Assembly: GCA_965227295.1 (NCBI GenBank) | Contig: OZ245742.1 | Location: 1,920,001 to 1,984,000 of the forward strand | Direction: 5' to 3' | Length of the DNA: 64,000 nucleotides | DNA from: Leptonemataceae bacterium | Lineage (GTDB): Bacteria > Spirochaetota > Leptospiria > Leptospirales > Leptonemataceae | Shown here: positions 40,204-50,011 of the stretch, piece by piece | How positions within the stretch are numbered: the first letter of the stretch is position 1 | Layout of the letters: each line of letters opens with the position of its first letter | Notes under the pieces: generated by a model | What the model was told of the DNA's origin: nothing | The model's database searches: none | The model's input: only the letters and a program-made list of their open reading frames with translations | Made by a program: the position numbers and the translations under genes

Positions 40204-41364
40204 ATGTCGTTCTTTCACAAGTCCCGCCGCATCTTGCCGTTCGTCGCCGCGCTTCTGCTGGCGTTTGTCGTTCCGGACGTCCGCGCCGAAACCCGGGAGG
40301 CCGCGGACCTGCGCATCACCCTGCGCGTGGCGGAGTACCAGCAGAATCTTTTCACGGACATCGATCGCGAAATCTATCGCGACGAGGAGGTGGGCGATCT
40401 CTTCGACGGCATGTTCGAGCCGGGCGACGCCTACTGCACCATGCTCTTCGGACGTCGCCGCTGGAATAAAGCGGACGGCAGCAAACTCATCGATCCGGAG
40501 CGCTACGACGCGTTTCGCAAGAGTCATCCGAAGAGTTATCTTACGCAGCTCGTGGCCGGGTGCTGGAACTTTTTTACGATGAACGACATTCGGCCGTTCC
40601 TGGATTTCGAACTCGCCCGGGTCCTGTATCCGAACGACAGTTACGATTGTTACAGCGTCGGTTTTATGCAGCCGTACATCATGCACAACATCCTGGGTTG
40701 TCGCAGTTTGCAGATGCTCGACATTGACTGGCGCATTCACGCGGCGCACTGGCAAATGCTCGCGTTGTACCGGGACGCTCGCTTCCAGGACCGTAACATG
40801 GCTTTGCAGGCTATTAAGGAATTGCGGTTAGGCTGGATCGCTTTTAAGCAGGACGGACTGCGTCCGCGCAATCCGGTGAGCCTGGCCTCGCTTTGCCGGC
40901 GCCACGAGTCCCTGTGCCACGATCATCTCGTGCGTTTCCAGGCGAAGATCCGTTCCCTCTCCGACGTAAAGCTCGATCTTGCGGCCCTGCACGACGGGGA
41001 CTACAGCTCCCGGAAGCCGGCGTCGCTCAAGGTCGTGTATCTATCGAACGCCGTCGAGGAAGTCTATACGTCCCGCGATCAGTTCAACCTGTTGCTCGCC
41101 CGCGTGAATGCCGCGCGGCAAAACGGTGAGCGTGCCTTGTTCATCTATCACGCCGCCGGAACGCGGGCCCTGGGTTTCTACGAAATGCGCCGGGACGATT
41201 CCCTCGCGGCGGGCTACGAACTCAAGACGGTCTGCCTGGACAACTACTATCGTCGCAACAAAGAGGGCGAGCGCGAGAGTTACCGGACGTACTTCGAAAA
41301 GATTACCGTTACGAAGAAGCCGCCGCGTTGCCAGGCGGTGTTGAAAAAACAGAAGTTATTGTAA
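40204..41364 (+). CDS. Hypothetical secreted protein
   Basis: Long ORF with an N-terminal signal peptide; no recognised motif. Confidence 0.7.
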   Translation: MSFFHKSRRILPFVAALLLAFVVPDVRAETREAADLRITLRVAEYQQNLFTDIDREIYRDEEVGDLFDGMFEPGDAYCTMLFGRRRWNKADGSKLIDPERYDAFRKSHPKSYLTQLVAGCWNFFTMNDIRPFLDFELARVLYPNDSYDCYSVGFMQPYIMHNILGCRSLQMLDIDWRIHAAHWQMLALYRDARFQDRNMALQAIKELRLGWIAFKQDGLRPRNPVSLASLCRRHESLCHDHLVRFQAKIRSLSDVKLDLAALHDGDYSSRKPASLKVVYLSNAVEEVYTSRDQFNLLLARVNAARQNGERALFIYHAAGTRALGFYEMRRDDSLAAGYELKTVCLDNYYRRNKEGERESYRTYFEKITVTKKPPRCQAVLKKQKLL

Positions 41365-41389
41365 TCCGTATGGTAAATTCCCCACCCGA

Positions 41390-41995
41390 TCAATCCAACA
41401 ACCAGCCGAACTCTTCGCGCAATCGCTTGCGATGTTCGCGATGCTGCGGATCGAAGCGCTCTACGAACGCCCAGAAGTTCCGGTCGTGGCCGAGGTAACG
41501 AATGTGCGCCAGTTCGTGGACGACCAGGTAGCGTCGCAGTTCTTCCGGCAAATGCACGGCGCGTAGATTCAACATGATCGACTGCGAACGATGTGAGCAA
41601 CTGCCCCAACGTGTCGCGGCGCGGCGGAAACGCAGGCGCCAGGGAGGTACGCCCATCTGCTTCGCCAGTTCGCGCAGCAACGGTTCGAAGATGGTCCTGG
41701 CCTGGGCGAGCGCAGGTTCCGCCGGGCGTTCGTTAGAGCCGCGGCGCCGTTGATCGTTCTTCCGCAACCGGCGTTTGATGAAGCGCTGGTGCTTGCGCAA
41801 GAGCGTCGCGGCGAAGGCCTCGTTTTCGTTCTCGACGTCGCCCACGGTAATCTCCACGACGTTGTCGCGATTCACACCCAGGCGGTAGCCGCCGCCCTGA
41901 AACTTGCAGTCGAAGTGAATGACGTAGTCGAACTCGAAGTCCGCGAGCCCGCGGATTTTCGAGATCGACTCGCTGTGCGTCGCCGTGCGGCTCAT
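41390..41995 (-). CDS. YgjP-like zinc metalloprotease-fold protein
   Basis: RWGSCS and YLVVHELAH...H...FW motifs. Confidence 0.85.
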   Translation of the reverse strand: MSRTATHSESISKIRGLADFEFDYVIHFDCKFQGGGYRLGVNRDNVVEITVGDVENENEAFAATLLRKHQRFIKRRLRKNDQRRRGSNERPAEPALAQARTIFEPLLRELAKQMGVPPWRLRFRRAATRWGSCSHRSQSIMLNLRAVHLPEELRRYLVVHELAHIRYLGHDRNFWAFVERFDPQHREHRKRLREEFGWLLD

Positions 41996-42020
41996 CCTGC
42001 TAACTTATGCGCGACGTGAA

Positions 42021-42986
42021 TTAGTCGCCGGCTTTCTCCAGCACGTAGCCGAAAACCGGAAAGTGCACGATCATTTCGCCGGCGCGTTCGTCGGTGTGAC
42101 GGATGGCCAGCTCGTTGTCCGCGCAGTATACGAGTTCGCCGATGACCGGTTCCTTGCCGTAGTCCCCGGCGCTGAGTTGCACGCGGTCGCCGGCTGCAAA
42201 GTCCGGATGATCCACGCGCCCCTCGCTGTAGTTCCCGGGCAGGTCCGCGAAGTTCGGCGACGCGGCCTTGCCCAGGTCCACGGCCTCCGGCGCCGATAGA
42301 TCGCTTTGCAGATCGGCGTATTTTTTCGCGATCGTTTCCATGCGATCGGCCCACGCGTTGATGTTCGGGAAGGCATCGAGATTCTTGCGGGCGTTGTCGC
42401 TGCGACGCAGGAACCAGGTGACGGCATGCAGTGCGAAGTCGGCGAGGGACGGTTGCGCACCGCAGAGATGCGGCGCCGATGCCAGGGCCTGTTCCAGCGG
42501 TTGCATGGCCGCGGCGAAGTACTCCGGCGCGAGGTGCGGCGGAACCTGCATGACGTTTGAATCTTCCATCATCTTCGCGCGATCTTTCAACAGGCCGATC
42601 ATCTCTTTGCGCGACATGCCCGGCTTCGGCGCCGCGCGTGCGCCCCGGGGCTGAAACACCAGGATCGACGCGATGCGAAACAACGTGTTATCGATGTGCG
42701 TGGCAAGCCAGCGCGACATGGCCTCGGCGCCGGCGGGAAAGAGCGTCGGCGTCGGTTGCACGCGCTCCAACACTTCGGCGATGAGTGCGGTGTCGCAAAA
42801 CACGTGGGCGCCCATCTGCAACACGGGCGCGCGGCGATAACCGCCGGTGAGCGCGGTCTGATCCGGCTTGGGAGTGACCATGGGTTGCTCGACGCCGCGA
42901 TACTTCAGGCCCTTGTAAGCGAGGGCGATGCGGATTTTCTCGGAGAAGGGGGACTCGTCGTAGTGGTGCAGGATCAGTTCGCTCAT
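42021..42986 (-). CDS. Glutathione S-transferase family protein
   Basis: LHHYDESPFSEKIR, GGYRRAPVLQ, CDTALI and SLADF motifs. Confidence 0.9.
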   Translation of the reverse strand: MSELILHHYDESPFSEKIRIALAYKGLKYRGVEQPMVTPKPDQTALTGGYRRAPVLQMGAHVFCDTALIAEVLERVQPTPTLFPAGAEAMSRWLATHIDNTLFRIASILVFQPRGARAAPKPGMSRKEMIGLLKDRAKMMEDSNVMQVPPHLAPEYFAAAMQPLEQALASAPHLCGAQPSLADFALHAVTWFLRRSDNARKNLDAFPNINAWADRMETIAKKYADLQSDLSAPEAVDLGKAASPNFADLPGNYSEGRVDHPDFAAGDRVQLSAGDYGKEPVIGELVYCADNELAIRHTDERAGEMIVHFPVFGYVLEKAGD

Positions 42987-43099
42987 GGGCCGATTATGAT
43001 TCTGCACCCGCGCGTGTCCAGTCATCCGGAAATTCGTCGGATGCGCCGCGGCGAAGATTTTTCAGTTGCAGCCTTCGCCGGGGACCCGCAAGATTCGGT

Positions 43100-43402
43100 A
43101 TGCATCGCATCGCACTCCTGATTCTCGCGACCACGCTGCTGTTTCCAGGGACGCCGGCCGGAGCGAAACCCCACGCCTGCACGCGGTACATGAACCTGGT
43201 CTGTAAGATCTGCGGACCGAAAACTAAGACGTGCGCCGAGACGAAGGCTCGCTGGAAGGCGTGCATGCAAAGCCGCTCGTGCGACAAAAGCATCTGCGCG
43301 AGTTCGCTCGAGAGCGCCGCGGCCCTGGACGAAAGCGTGGTGCGGTCCATGCTGTGCGGACCCGAGGCCGAAGCAGAGAGCGACCCCGAGCCGGAATCCT
43401 GA
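43100..43402 (+). CDS. Small Cys-rich secreted protein
   Basis: Signal peptide followed by 8 Cys in a short mature part and an acidic tail. Confidence 0.55.
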   Translation: MHRIALLILATTLLFPGTPAGAKPHACTRYMNLVCKICGPKTKTCAETKARWKACMQSRSCDKSICASSLESAAALDESVVRSMLCGPEAEAESDPEPES

Positions 43403-43449
43403 ACGAAAAACGGCGGTCGTCGGCCGGCGCACGAGTTATCTTTTCGAAC

Positions 43450-44187
43450 GTGAGATCCGAAGCACGGAAACCCCGCCGCAGCGTTGGGCTCGCGGCCCTG
43501 CTCCTCATCATACTCTCCGCACCCGTCTCTCTGGCCGGGCCGCCGGCGGACGGTCGCCGGACCTTCAGTGGTCGCGCCGTGGCCGCCGATACCGGCGAAC
43601 TGCTCTACATCGAGTACCACCGACAAACTTACGCTGACAACAAGTTACAAAAGACCTACGTAAAGTACGTCGACGCGGGGGGCGAAACCCTCGCCGTGCG
43701 CAGCGCGACCTTCGGGGACGGTTTTGTACCGCGGTCCCGGTACGAAAACCGGCAGTCCGGAATGATCACGAACCTGGCCCCGGCCGGCAGTGGTTATGCC
43801 GTGAGCATTGAACGCAAAGACGGAAGCAACGAGAGCGGCACGGTAAGCGCCGCACACCCGGTGGTGGCGGGCCTCGGCCTCGATCCGTTCATTCGATCAC
43901 GACAGAGTGAATGGACGAGTGGTCAATCGATCAGCTTTCGCATGATTGTACCGACCCGCATGAGCGCGTACACGTTTCGCCTGACGAAGGCCGGCGAACG
44001 CACGGTGGCCGGTCGGGACGGGATCGTGCTGCGACTGGAACTGGCTGGCGTGCTCGGTTACCTGGTGGAAGAGATTCTGCTTACCTACGACCGCGAAAGC
44101 GGCGACCTGCTGATGTACGAGGGCCCGGCGGAACTGAAAGACAGCGCGGGTCGCAAACGAGACATTCGCGTAACGTTTCGGTACTGA
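43450..44187 (+). CDS. Hypothetical secreted beta-rich protein
   Basis: Signal peptide GLAALLLIILSAPVSLA; start uncertain (GTG at 43450 assumed). Confidence 0.6.
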   Translation: MRSEARKPRRSVGLAALLLIILSAPVSLAGPPADGRRTFSGRAVAADTGELLYIEYHRQTYADNKLQKTYVKYVDAGGETLAVRSATFGDGFVPRSRYENRQSGMITNLAPAGSGYAVSIERKDGSNESGTVSAAHPVVAGLGLDPFIRSRQSEWTSGQSISFRMIVPTRMSAYTFRLTKAGERTVAGRDGIVLRLELAGVLGYLVEEILLTYDRESGDLLMYEGPAELKDSAGRKRDIRVTFRY

Positions 44188-44208
44188 GATTGCCGCGAAG
44201 GCTTCCGT

Positions 44209-45161
44209 TTACATCAACCGTCGCAGAGCCAGCAGCCCGCATACCGGCCCCGCGCCCAGAACCACAAACATCTCTCGTTCGGAAGTTAGTCCGCCGGCCA
44301 GCAGGGCGTGAATCAATGCGACGCTGCCGATGGTCACGGCAAAGCCGATCGACGTTACGATCGTCAGCGCGGAGCCGACCCGGTCGCGGGGTGCCGTAGT
44401 CGCGCTACGGAGAGAGAAAGCACAGCAGGCCCGAGCATAACAACTGCGCGAAGGCCACACGTGCCGGGCCGCGCGAGGTTAACCTGGCGGAAAGACTGCC
44501 GCCGAACGCACAACCGAAGAAACCCGCGGCAATCACCAGGAACGACCAGAGCGCCGTATCGATCTTCAGGTCGTGATTACTCGCATAGGCAATCAAAAAT
44601 GCCGGCAGAAACGCCCAGAAGGCGTAGAGTTCCCACATGTGACCGAAGTAACCGAAGGCCGCCGAGCGAAAGTCCTTCGACGCGAAGATGGACGCGACGG
44701 CCCGCGGATCGAAGCGCGCGGCCCCGCGCGGTAAATGCGGACCGTCCGGCACGAACCACAGAATCATAAATCCGCCCGCGCTCGCAAGAATTGACGTCCC
44801 CGTGAGGACCGCCTGCCAGCTGCCCGTCACGACGCTGCCGCCCGTGACAAAGCGCAACAGATACGGGAAGGCCGTGCCCAGCACCAGGGCGCCGACGAGA
44901 TAACCCAGGGCCCGGCCGAGTCCGTGTTCAAACCACGAGGCCGCGATCTTCATGCCCACCGGATACACACCGGCCAGAAAAAAACCGGTAGCGAAACGAA
45001 GGGCGAGCAGCATAGGAAGCGAACGCCAGCCTTCCGGAATCCAGAGTAGACTCGCGTTGGCCAGGGCGCCGGCCACGGCGCAGAAGCAGAACGTGCGCGC
45101 CGGGGAGAAGCGATCGGAGACGGCAAGAAAGGCGAAGAGTAACGTACCGAGAATAAAGCCG
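44209..45161 (-). pseudogene. MFS transporter pseudogene (5' truncated, frameshifting internal deletion)
   Basis: GFILGTL...SDRFSP, GVYPVGMKIAA and GYFGHMWELYAFW in one frame ending at 44405; the C-terminal GSALTIVTSIGF block lies in another frame; no plausible N-terminus. Confidence 0.75.
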
Positions 45162-45254
45162 ATGAAAGACGCTGAAAGCCTGCGAAAGGTTGACAGCCGT
45201 TTGCGGGGCTGATAGAACCGCCGTCACCGTAACTCTCACTCACAGGAAGCTAAC

Positions 45255-46640
45255 ATGCGCCATCGTTCCATCATCGCCCTGATCCTGCTTGCCGCATTCT
45301 TTTTTTTCCCCGGCCGGGCCTTCGCCTGGAGCCAGCACGCCCTGGGCATCTATCGCGCTCTGCTCGCCATGCCCGGGGTAAACGACGCGCCGGCTATTCC
45401 GGCCGAGTCACTGGAAAGTTTTCTGGCGGCGGAGTCGGAGGGCATCGCAAAGATCCTCGATGAATCGGAAGCGTGGGCCGTAGAAAACGTGCCCACGTAC
45501 CCGGCGCGGCCGGAGGCGTTGCGCTTTGATCCGGGCGGTGAGGACGGTGCTCAGGTGTCGCCAGCGGAATTGCGCAAACGATTTCTCGCGGCCATTCGTG
45601 TGAATCCGAACATGGTCCTGGATCTGTACGTGCAGCTCGTACCCGGTCAGGATTGCGGCGCGCGCCCGCGTCTTTCGTACGATACGCGGAGCGTCTTCGA
45701 CAAACACGACGCGCAGTTCTTGCGCGGTACCATTTACTGCGGTTTGCGTGACGGCGAAAACGTAAAACCGATTCACGTCGTCACCACCGGCGGCGATGAG
45801 CCGGACCTCGGTCTCGACATCGGGGTGTGGGAGGACAACGACACGGACTTCGGCAAAACCTACGGCTTCGGCCGGCAGTCGTTCGGCAATCCCGCGTTTC
45901 CCTATTCTTCCCAGGCCCCGTTTCACATCGGCTTCTATCACGAATCCTGGGTCCTGTATCTCGCCGCGTCGAACTTCAAACGATCGTATCCGGAGTACCG
46001 CATTCAACTGTACGGGGCGCTCGCGAAACACGCTTTCGCCACGGGGCATGATTACTGGGGCTGGCGTTTTACCGGCTGGGGCATGCACTATCTCACGGAC
46101 CTCACGCAACCGTATCATTCCACCGTCGTGCCCGGATACAGCACCGCGTACCTGGTGTGGATCAGCCTGATGAACATGATCGGCTTTTCGCAGTCTTACA
46201 ACGATACGGTGAACCTGGTATCGAATCGCCACACGGCCCTCGAATCGTTTCAAATGCAAATGATGCGGCGCGCGTATCGCCTGAACCAGGACGACAACCC
46301 GGTCTTCGTCGCCCTGGCCGACACCGGCGCCGACGACGAGTACAAACCCTACAACAACCGTACGCCGCGGGACGTGGTCTCGTTGGAAGCTTACAACCGC
46401 GCTACACGCACCGATGCCGCCCTGCAAAAGTGGATGCCCGCGCGATTGGTGGAGGACCCGAGCTTCGACTTCGCCCAACATCCGGACGAGGACGTCTACG
46501 AAGACGTACTCAAGGATCGCAAAGAGGGTATCAGTGAACTCAATCAGTTGCTGGCGGAAATCTTTCGTTCCTTCGGGGCGTATACGCGGCACTACGTGCG
46601 GCACATTCAAAGCGGTGCGCGGAACACAAACTATAAATAA
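45255..46640 (+). CDS. Secreted zinc-dependent phospholipase C / P1 nuclease-fold protein
   Basis: Signal peptide ending AFA followed by mature N-terminal W-x-x-H; HYLTDLTQPYH and H-x-x-x-E motifs. Confidence 0.65.
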   Translation: MRHRSIIALILLAAFFFFPGRAFAWSQHALGIYRALLAMPGVNDAPAIPAESLESFLAAESEGIAKILDESEAWAVENVPTYPARPEALRFDPGGEDGAQVSPAELRKRFLAAIRVNPNMVLDLYVQLVPGQDCGARPRLSYDTRSVFDKHDAQFLRGTIYCGLRDGENVKPIHVVTTGGDEPDLGLDIGVWEDNDTDFGKTYGFGRQSFGNPAFPYSSQAPFHIGFYHESWVLYLAASNFKRSYPEYRIQLYGALAKHAFATGHDYWGWRFTGWGMHYLTDLTQPYHSTVVPGYSTAYLVWISLMNMIGFSQSYNDTVNLVSNRHTALESFQMQMMRRAYRLNQDDNPVFVALADTGADDEYKPYNNRTPRDVVSLEAYNRATRTDAALQKWMPARLVEDPSFDFAQHPDEDVYEDVLKDRKEGISELNQLLAEIFRSFGAYTRHYVRHIQSGARNTNYK

Positions 46641-46755
46641 CACAAGCCGGAAGTGATCAGACATAAACCGCGCAATACTAACTAATCTTTAAGAAAACTC
46701 AGGACCGGCAAGCAGCGCTTGACCTTTACGGGTAACTATAGTATAGAAGAATCAT

Positions 46756-48255
46756 ATGAATGCTCCGGTCACGCCATCCCCTCGCAATGCACCGGCGCGG
46801 ACGGGCATACTGCGACGCTGGTGGCGGCGATTGACGCGCGGCGGCGAAGTCGTTGAGACGGCCCAGGAACCGAACGCGACACCCATCAGCCCGGCCGACC
46901 TGAACGACCTTCAGCTCCTGGGGCGACTGCAAATCTTTGAACCCTTCGAGGGCTGGCAGCATCTGGAAACGTTGCGGCGCACCAGGGCCGCGGTAGAAAG
47001 CGGAATCGGCCGTGGTATTCAGATCGTGCGCCAGGGCGTCAGCAATCTCGGCGAACGTTTTCAATCCAGCCGCATCCGCAATCGCCTGGGCGACGCACCG
47101 GAAATCCGTCGGCGATTACGGCAGGTCCTGGACGGCCTGTATCCGCGCAACGCCCTCGCGCGTCTCCTGCCGTCGCGCAACATTCCCGCTCTGCGTGAGT
47201 TTGTCAATTTTGCCGAGGACATGCGTCGGCTGGCGGCCGGAGGCTATCGCGACGCCGACGCCTGGGCGCGCAGCGTGGGCCTCGACTATCTACGCCGTTC
47301 GCTGGACGCGCTGTTTACGCACAAACCGGAACGCTGGATTCGCAAACGCGCGCGTACACTCATTCGTCGCCCGAATGCCGCCGCGCCCGACGGCCTCGCG
47401 TACATGGCGACGCTTTCCCGCGAGGAACGTGAGCGCCTGCTGGACGAGGTCTATCCTTACGACATGCCGGGCTTCACGAAGTACATGCGCGCGCTGGATC
47501 TTTCCGTGAACGTCGGCCTCGGTGCCGTGGTGGCCAGTAACCTGCCGTTCACCGGCCCCGTGGTGAGCGTCCTTAACATGATCAAAACGATCTTTAAGAT
47601 CGCCCATCGGCTGCATCTCATGGCCACCGTGCACGGTCGGCGCATCGTCGGAACAAACGCGCTCTTTCTCATGAGCGCAAAGATTCTCAAGTCCCTGCAA
47701 AATTGGGAGAGCGATCCCCATCATCGCCCGCTCGCACTTTCGGAGTACGACACGCTTTTTTACGAGGATACCGGCGTTCCGCGTTCCGCCGAGTTGTCGG
47801 AACTCTTTCAGGCCGCGGTGCAAAAGGACGCCTACATCGCCGTGCCCGGTGTGGGTTCCATCGGCATCGGTAAGATCAGCCTGGACGACGCCCGCATGGA
47901 TGAGTGCATTCGGAGTACCATGACGGCTTACTTCATTCGCGACGAATTGCGCGGGCGCCTGGATAACAGTGAACGACGGGTGGACGATCTCAGCGCGGAC
48001 TTCGCCGCGATCTACGAAATCTTTCATCGCCGTGATTACTACGGTCGCGTTCGTGACGCCGCCCGGGATGCGCGCAAGGCAGACGGGGACACGGTTCCGA
48101 AAAAGGATCACCGGGAATTGACGACGGACCTGGATGCGGCGGTGCGGCGAATCTATCTGCACTTACGGGACAGAGAGTATGCGTCCGAGGAAGAACGGCA
48201 ACGGGCCCTCGGTCGTCAGGTGGACGATGAAATGGAACGTTTGCTGCACGCCTGA
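46756..48255 (+). CDS. Hypothetical protein (weakly EcsC-like central helices)
   Basis: 499-aa ORF with an AT-richer upstream region; family guess is weak. Confidence 0.6.
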   Translation: MNAPVTPSPRNAPARTGILRRWWRRLTRGGEVVETAQEPNATPISPADLNDLQLLGRLQIFEPFEGWQHLETLRRTRAAVESGIGRGIQIVRQGVSNLGERFQSSRIRNRLGDAPEIRRRLRQVLDGLYPRNALARLLPSRNIPALREFVNFAEDMRRLAAGGYRDADAWARSVGLDYLRRSLDALFTHKPERWIRKRARTLIRRPNAAAPDGLAYMATLSREERERLLDEVYPYDMPGFTKYMRALDLSVNVGLGAVVASNLPFTGPVVSVLNMIKTIFKIAHRLHLMATVHGRRIVGTNALFLMSAKILKSLQNWESDPHHRPLALSEYDTLFYEDTGVPRSAELSELFQAAVQKDAYIAVPGVGSIGIGKISLDDARMDECIRSTMTAYFIRDELRGRLDNSERRVDDLSADFAAIYEIFHRRDYYGRVRDAARDARKADGDTVPKKDHRELTTDLDAAVRRIYLHLRDREYASEEERQRALGRQVDDEMERLLHA

Positions 48256-48303
48256 GTTAAGCGCGTTCGTTACCCGGCAGTCCATCGTCGGCGGGCGTGC
48301 CGA

Positions 48304-48549
48304 TCAGTCTTCGCCGGAATTGCGGACGTGTTCCTGGAACTTGCCCAGGAGTTCGGCGGTGCCGGTGAAGAGCAACTCGATCTCGTCGTTCTCCAGATCG
48401 TAGATGACCGGAGTCTTGAGATACTTCGTAAACTCTTCTTTGCCCAGGGAGTCCGCCTGGTCCCGCAAGAAGGAGTACCACGTGGCGAGGATCACCTTAA
48501 GATGCGTGATTTCCTTCACGGGAAGGGAGATCGCTTTTTCCTGTTCCAT
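48304..48549 (-). CDS. Small hypothetical protein
   Basis: 81-aa ORF directly downstream of the lipoprotein gene on the same strand. Confidence 0.65.
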   Translation of the reverse strand: MEQEKAISLPVKEITHLKVILATWYSFLRDQADSLGKEEFTKYLKTPVIYDLENDEIELLFTGTAELLGKFQEHVRNSGED

Positions 48550-48552
48550 ATA

Positions 48553-49011
48553 TCAGTTGCCGCCCGTCCACGGATTCACCGGGTTGAGATAACAGCGATA
48601 GCCTTCGAAGCCGCAATCGGGCGATAAGATGAGCCCGTCGCGCACCTTGTCCGCGCAATTGTTGACATCCGAAAGACGATAGCCGCGCTGTGGATTGATG
48701 TCGAAGGATTGCTGGATGTACGGTTCACCGAGTTCGCGGAGGAGAATCTGGTTCGGTAAGAACTCGGCACTCGTTGCGTTCTGTAGTGTGCCGCGGCGAG
48801 CGGTGCACAGGAGCTGTCCGGCAAACACCGCGTCGGCAATGATGTCCGTAGCTTCCTCGCCGCTGATGACGCCCGCCGCGAAGGTTCCTTCGGTACCGCA
48901 ATGAGCGGTACCGATCGCCAGGAACAACACCAGCATCACCGGCAGTGTCCGGGGGAAGCACCGCCCGGCCTTTGCGAGGGCGGTAAAAATATGTACGTCG
49001 CGTCGGATCAT
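48553..49011 (-). CDS. Putative Cys-containing lipoprotein
   Basis: LFLAIGTAHC lipobox and four further Cys. Confidence 0.6.
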   Translation of the reverse strand: MIRRDVHIFTALAKAGRCFPRTLPVMLVLFLAIGTAHCGTEGTFAAGVISGEEATDIIADAVFAGQLLCTARRGTLQNATSAEFLPNQILLRELGEPYIQQSFDINPQRGYRLSDVNNCADKVRDGLILSPDCGFEGYRCYLNPVNPWTGGN

Positions 49012-49096
49012 TCGACCGGTCCCAGCTTAAAACGCCGCAATTATTTGTAAAATACAATCCCGGCGGCGGAAATCGCTGCCTGCGCCTTACAGGGCG

Positions 49097-50011
49097 CTAG
49101 AATCGAACGCCCACCGAGAATTGCCATTCCGTCACCCCCGCGGGAAAATCCACCGGCTCCCGCAGCACCGACGCCTGCACAATGCCCAGGTCCGGATCGA
49201 ACTGCGTCGTCGGCGTCACGATCAGATTCACGGTGGAAAGCGGTGTAATCCCGCTGTTGCGCAGGTACCAGAACTGGCCCTCGCCGCCGTTGATCGTGCC
49301 GTTGAGTTCGCCGATGAACGCGTAAGTTACCCGGAAGCCCGTTCGAATAAAGAAGTGTTCGGTAACGGATCGACGCAGTCCCAGCTCCAGGCGCGCGATG
49401 TTGCCGCGGCTGGAGGATTGTTTGATGGAGTAGGGCACGTACTGGCTCGGAGAAATCAGCGCGCCCTCGGCACGCACGACGGCCCGGGGAACGAAGCCGA
49501 AACCGAAGCCGCCTTCCCATTCCCAGTTCCGCAGCGGGCGAAAGAAGTCGATGCGTTCGGCGTAGTGATACGTGAACATGCCGTACGAAATCTGAAACTT
49601 CCAGTTCAGGTCCAGGTAGGCCAGATCGGAGCGATACTCGCGCAGGCCGAACTCCGGAACGAAGAATTGTCCCACCGTGAGGCCGACGTAGCTGTTCTCG
49701 CTGATGATTTCTCCGAAGCGAATCCACACGTCACCGGAATGCATTTGCGTAAACGGTTCGGTGTCCACGGCCGTGAGGACCAGCGGCGACACGGTCGAAC
49801 GAAAACGATCCAGTCCACGATTGAAGCGATCCTGCGAGCGCTGACCCGCGGCCATGGTGGCGCCAAATTCCACCGGCACCGCCGCGAGACCGGCGAGGGG
49901 CACGACGAAACATGTTATCGTCACCGTAAGAGCGAGAATGGATTGACACCAGTCGCGTGGGGCGGGCGCATCAGAGTTACGTGATCTGGATCGAAGCATT
50001 GTTTGTAACAT
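49097..50011 (-). CDS. Putative outer-membrane beta-barrel protein
   Basis: Signal peptide, alternating amphipathic strands and C-terminal Phe (WQFSVGVRF). Start uncertain. Confidence 0.7.
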   Translation of the reverse strand: MLQTMLRSRSRNSDAPAPRDWCQSILALTVTITCFVVPLAGLAAVPVEFGATMAAGQRSQDRFNRGLDRFRSTVSPLVLTAVDTEPFTQMHSGDVWIRFGEIISENSYVGLTVGQFFVPEFGLREYRSDLAYLDLNWKFQISYGMFTYHYAERIDFFRPLRNWEWEGGFGFGFVPRAVVRAEGALISPSQYVPYSIKQSSSRGNIARLELGLRRSVTEHFFIRTGFRVTYAFIGELNGTINGGEGQFWYLRNSGITPLSTVNLIVTPTTQFDPDLGIVQASVLREPVDFPAGVTEWQFSVGVRF

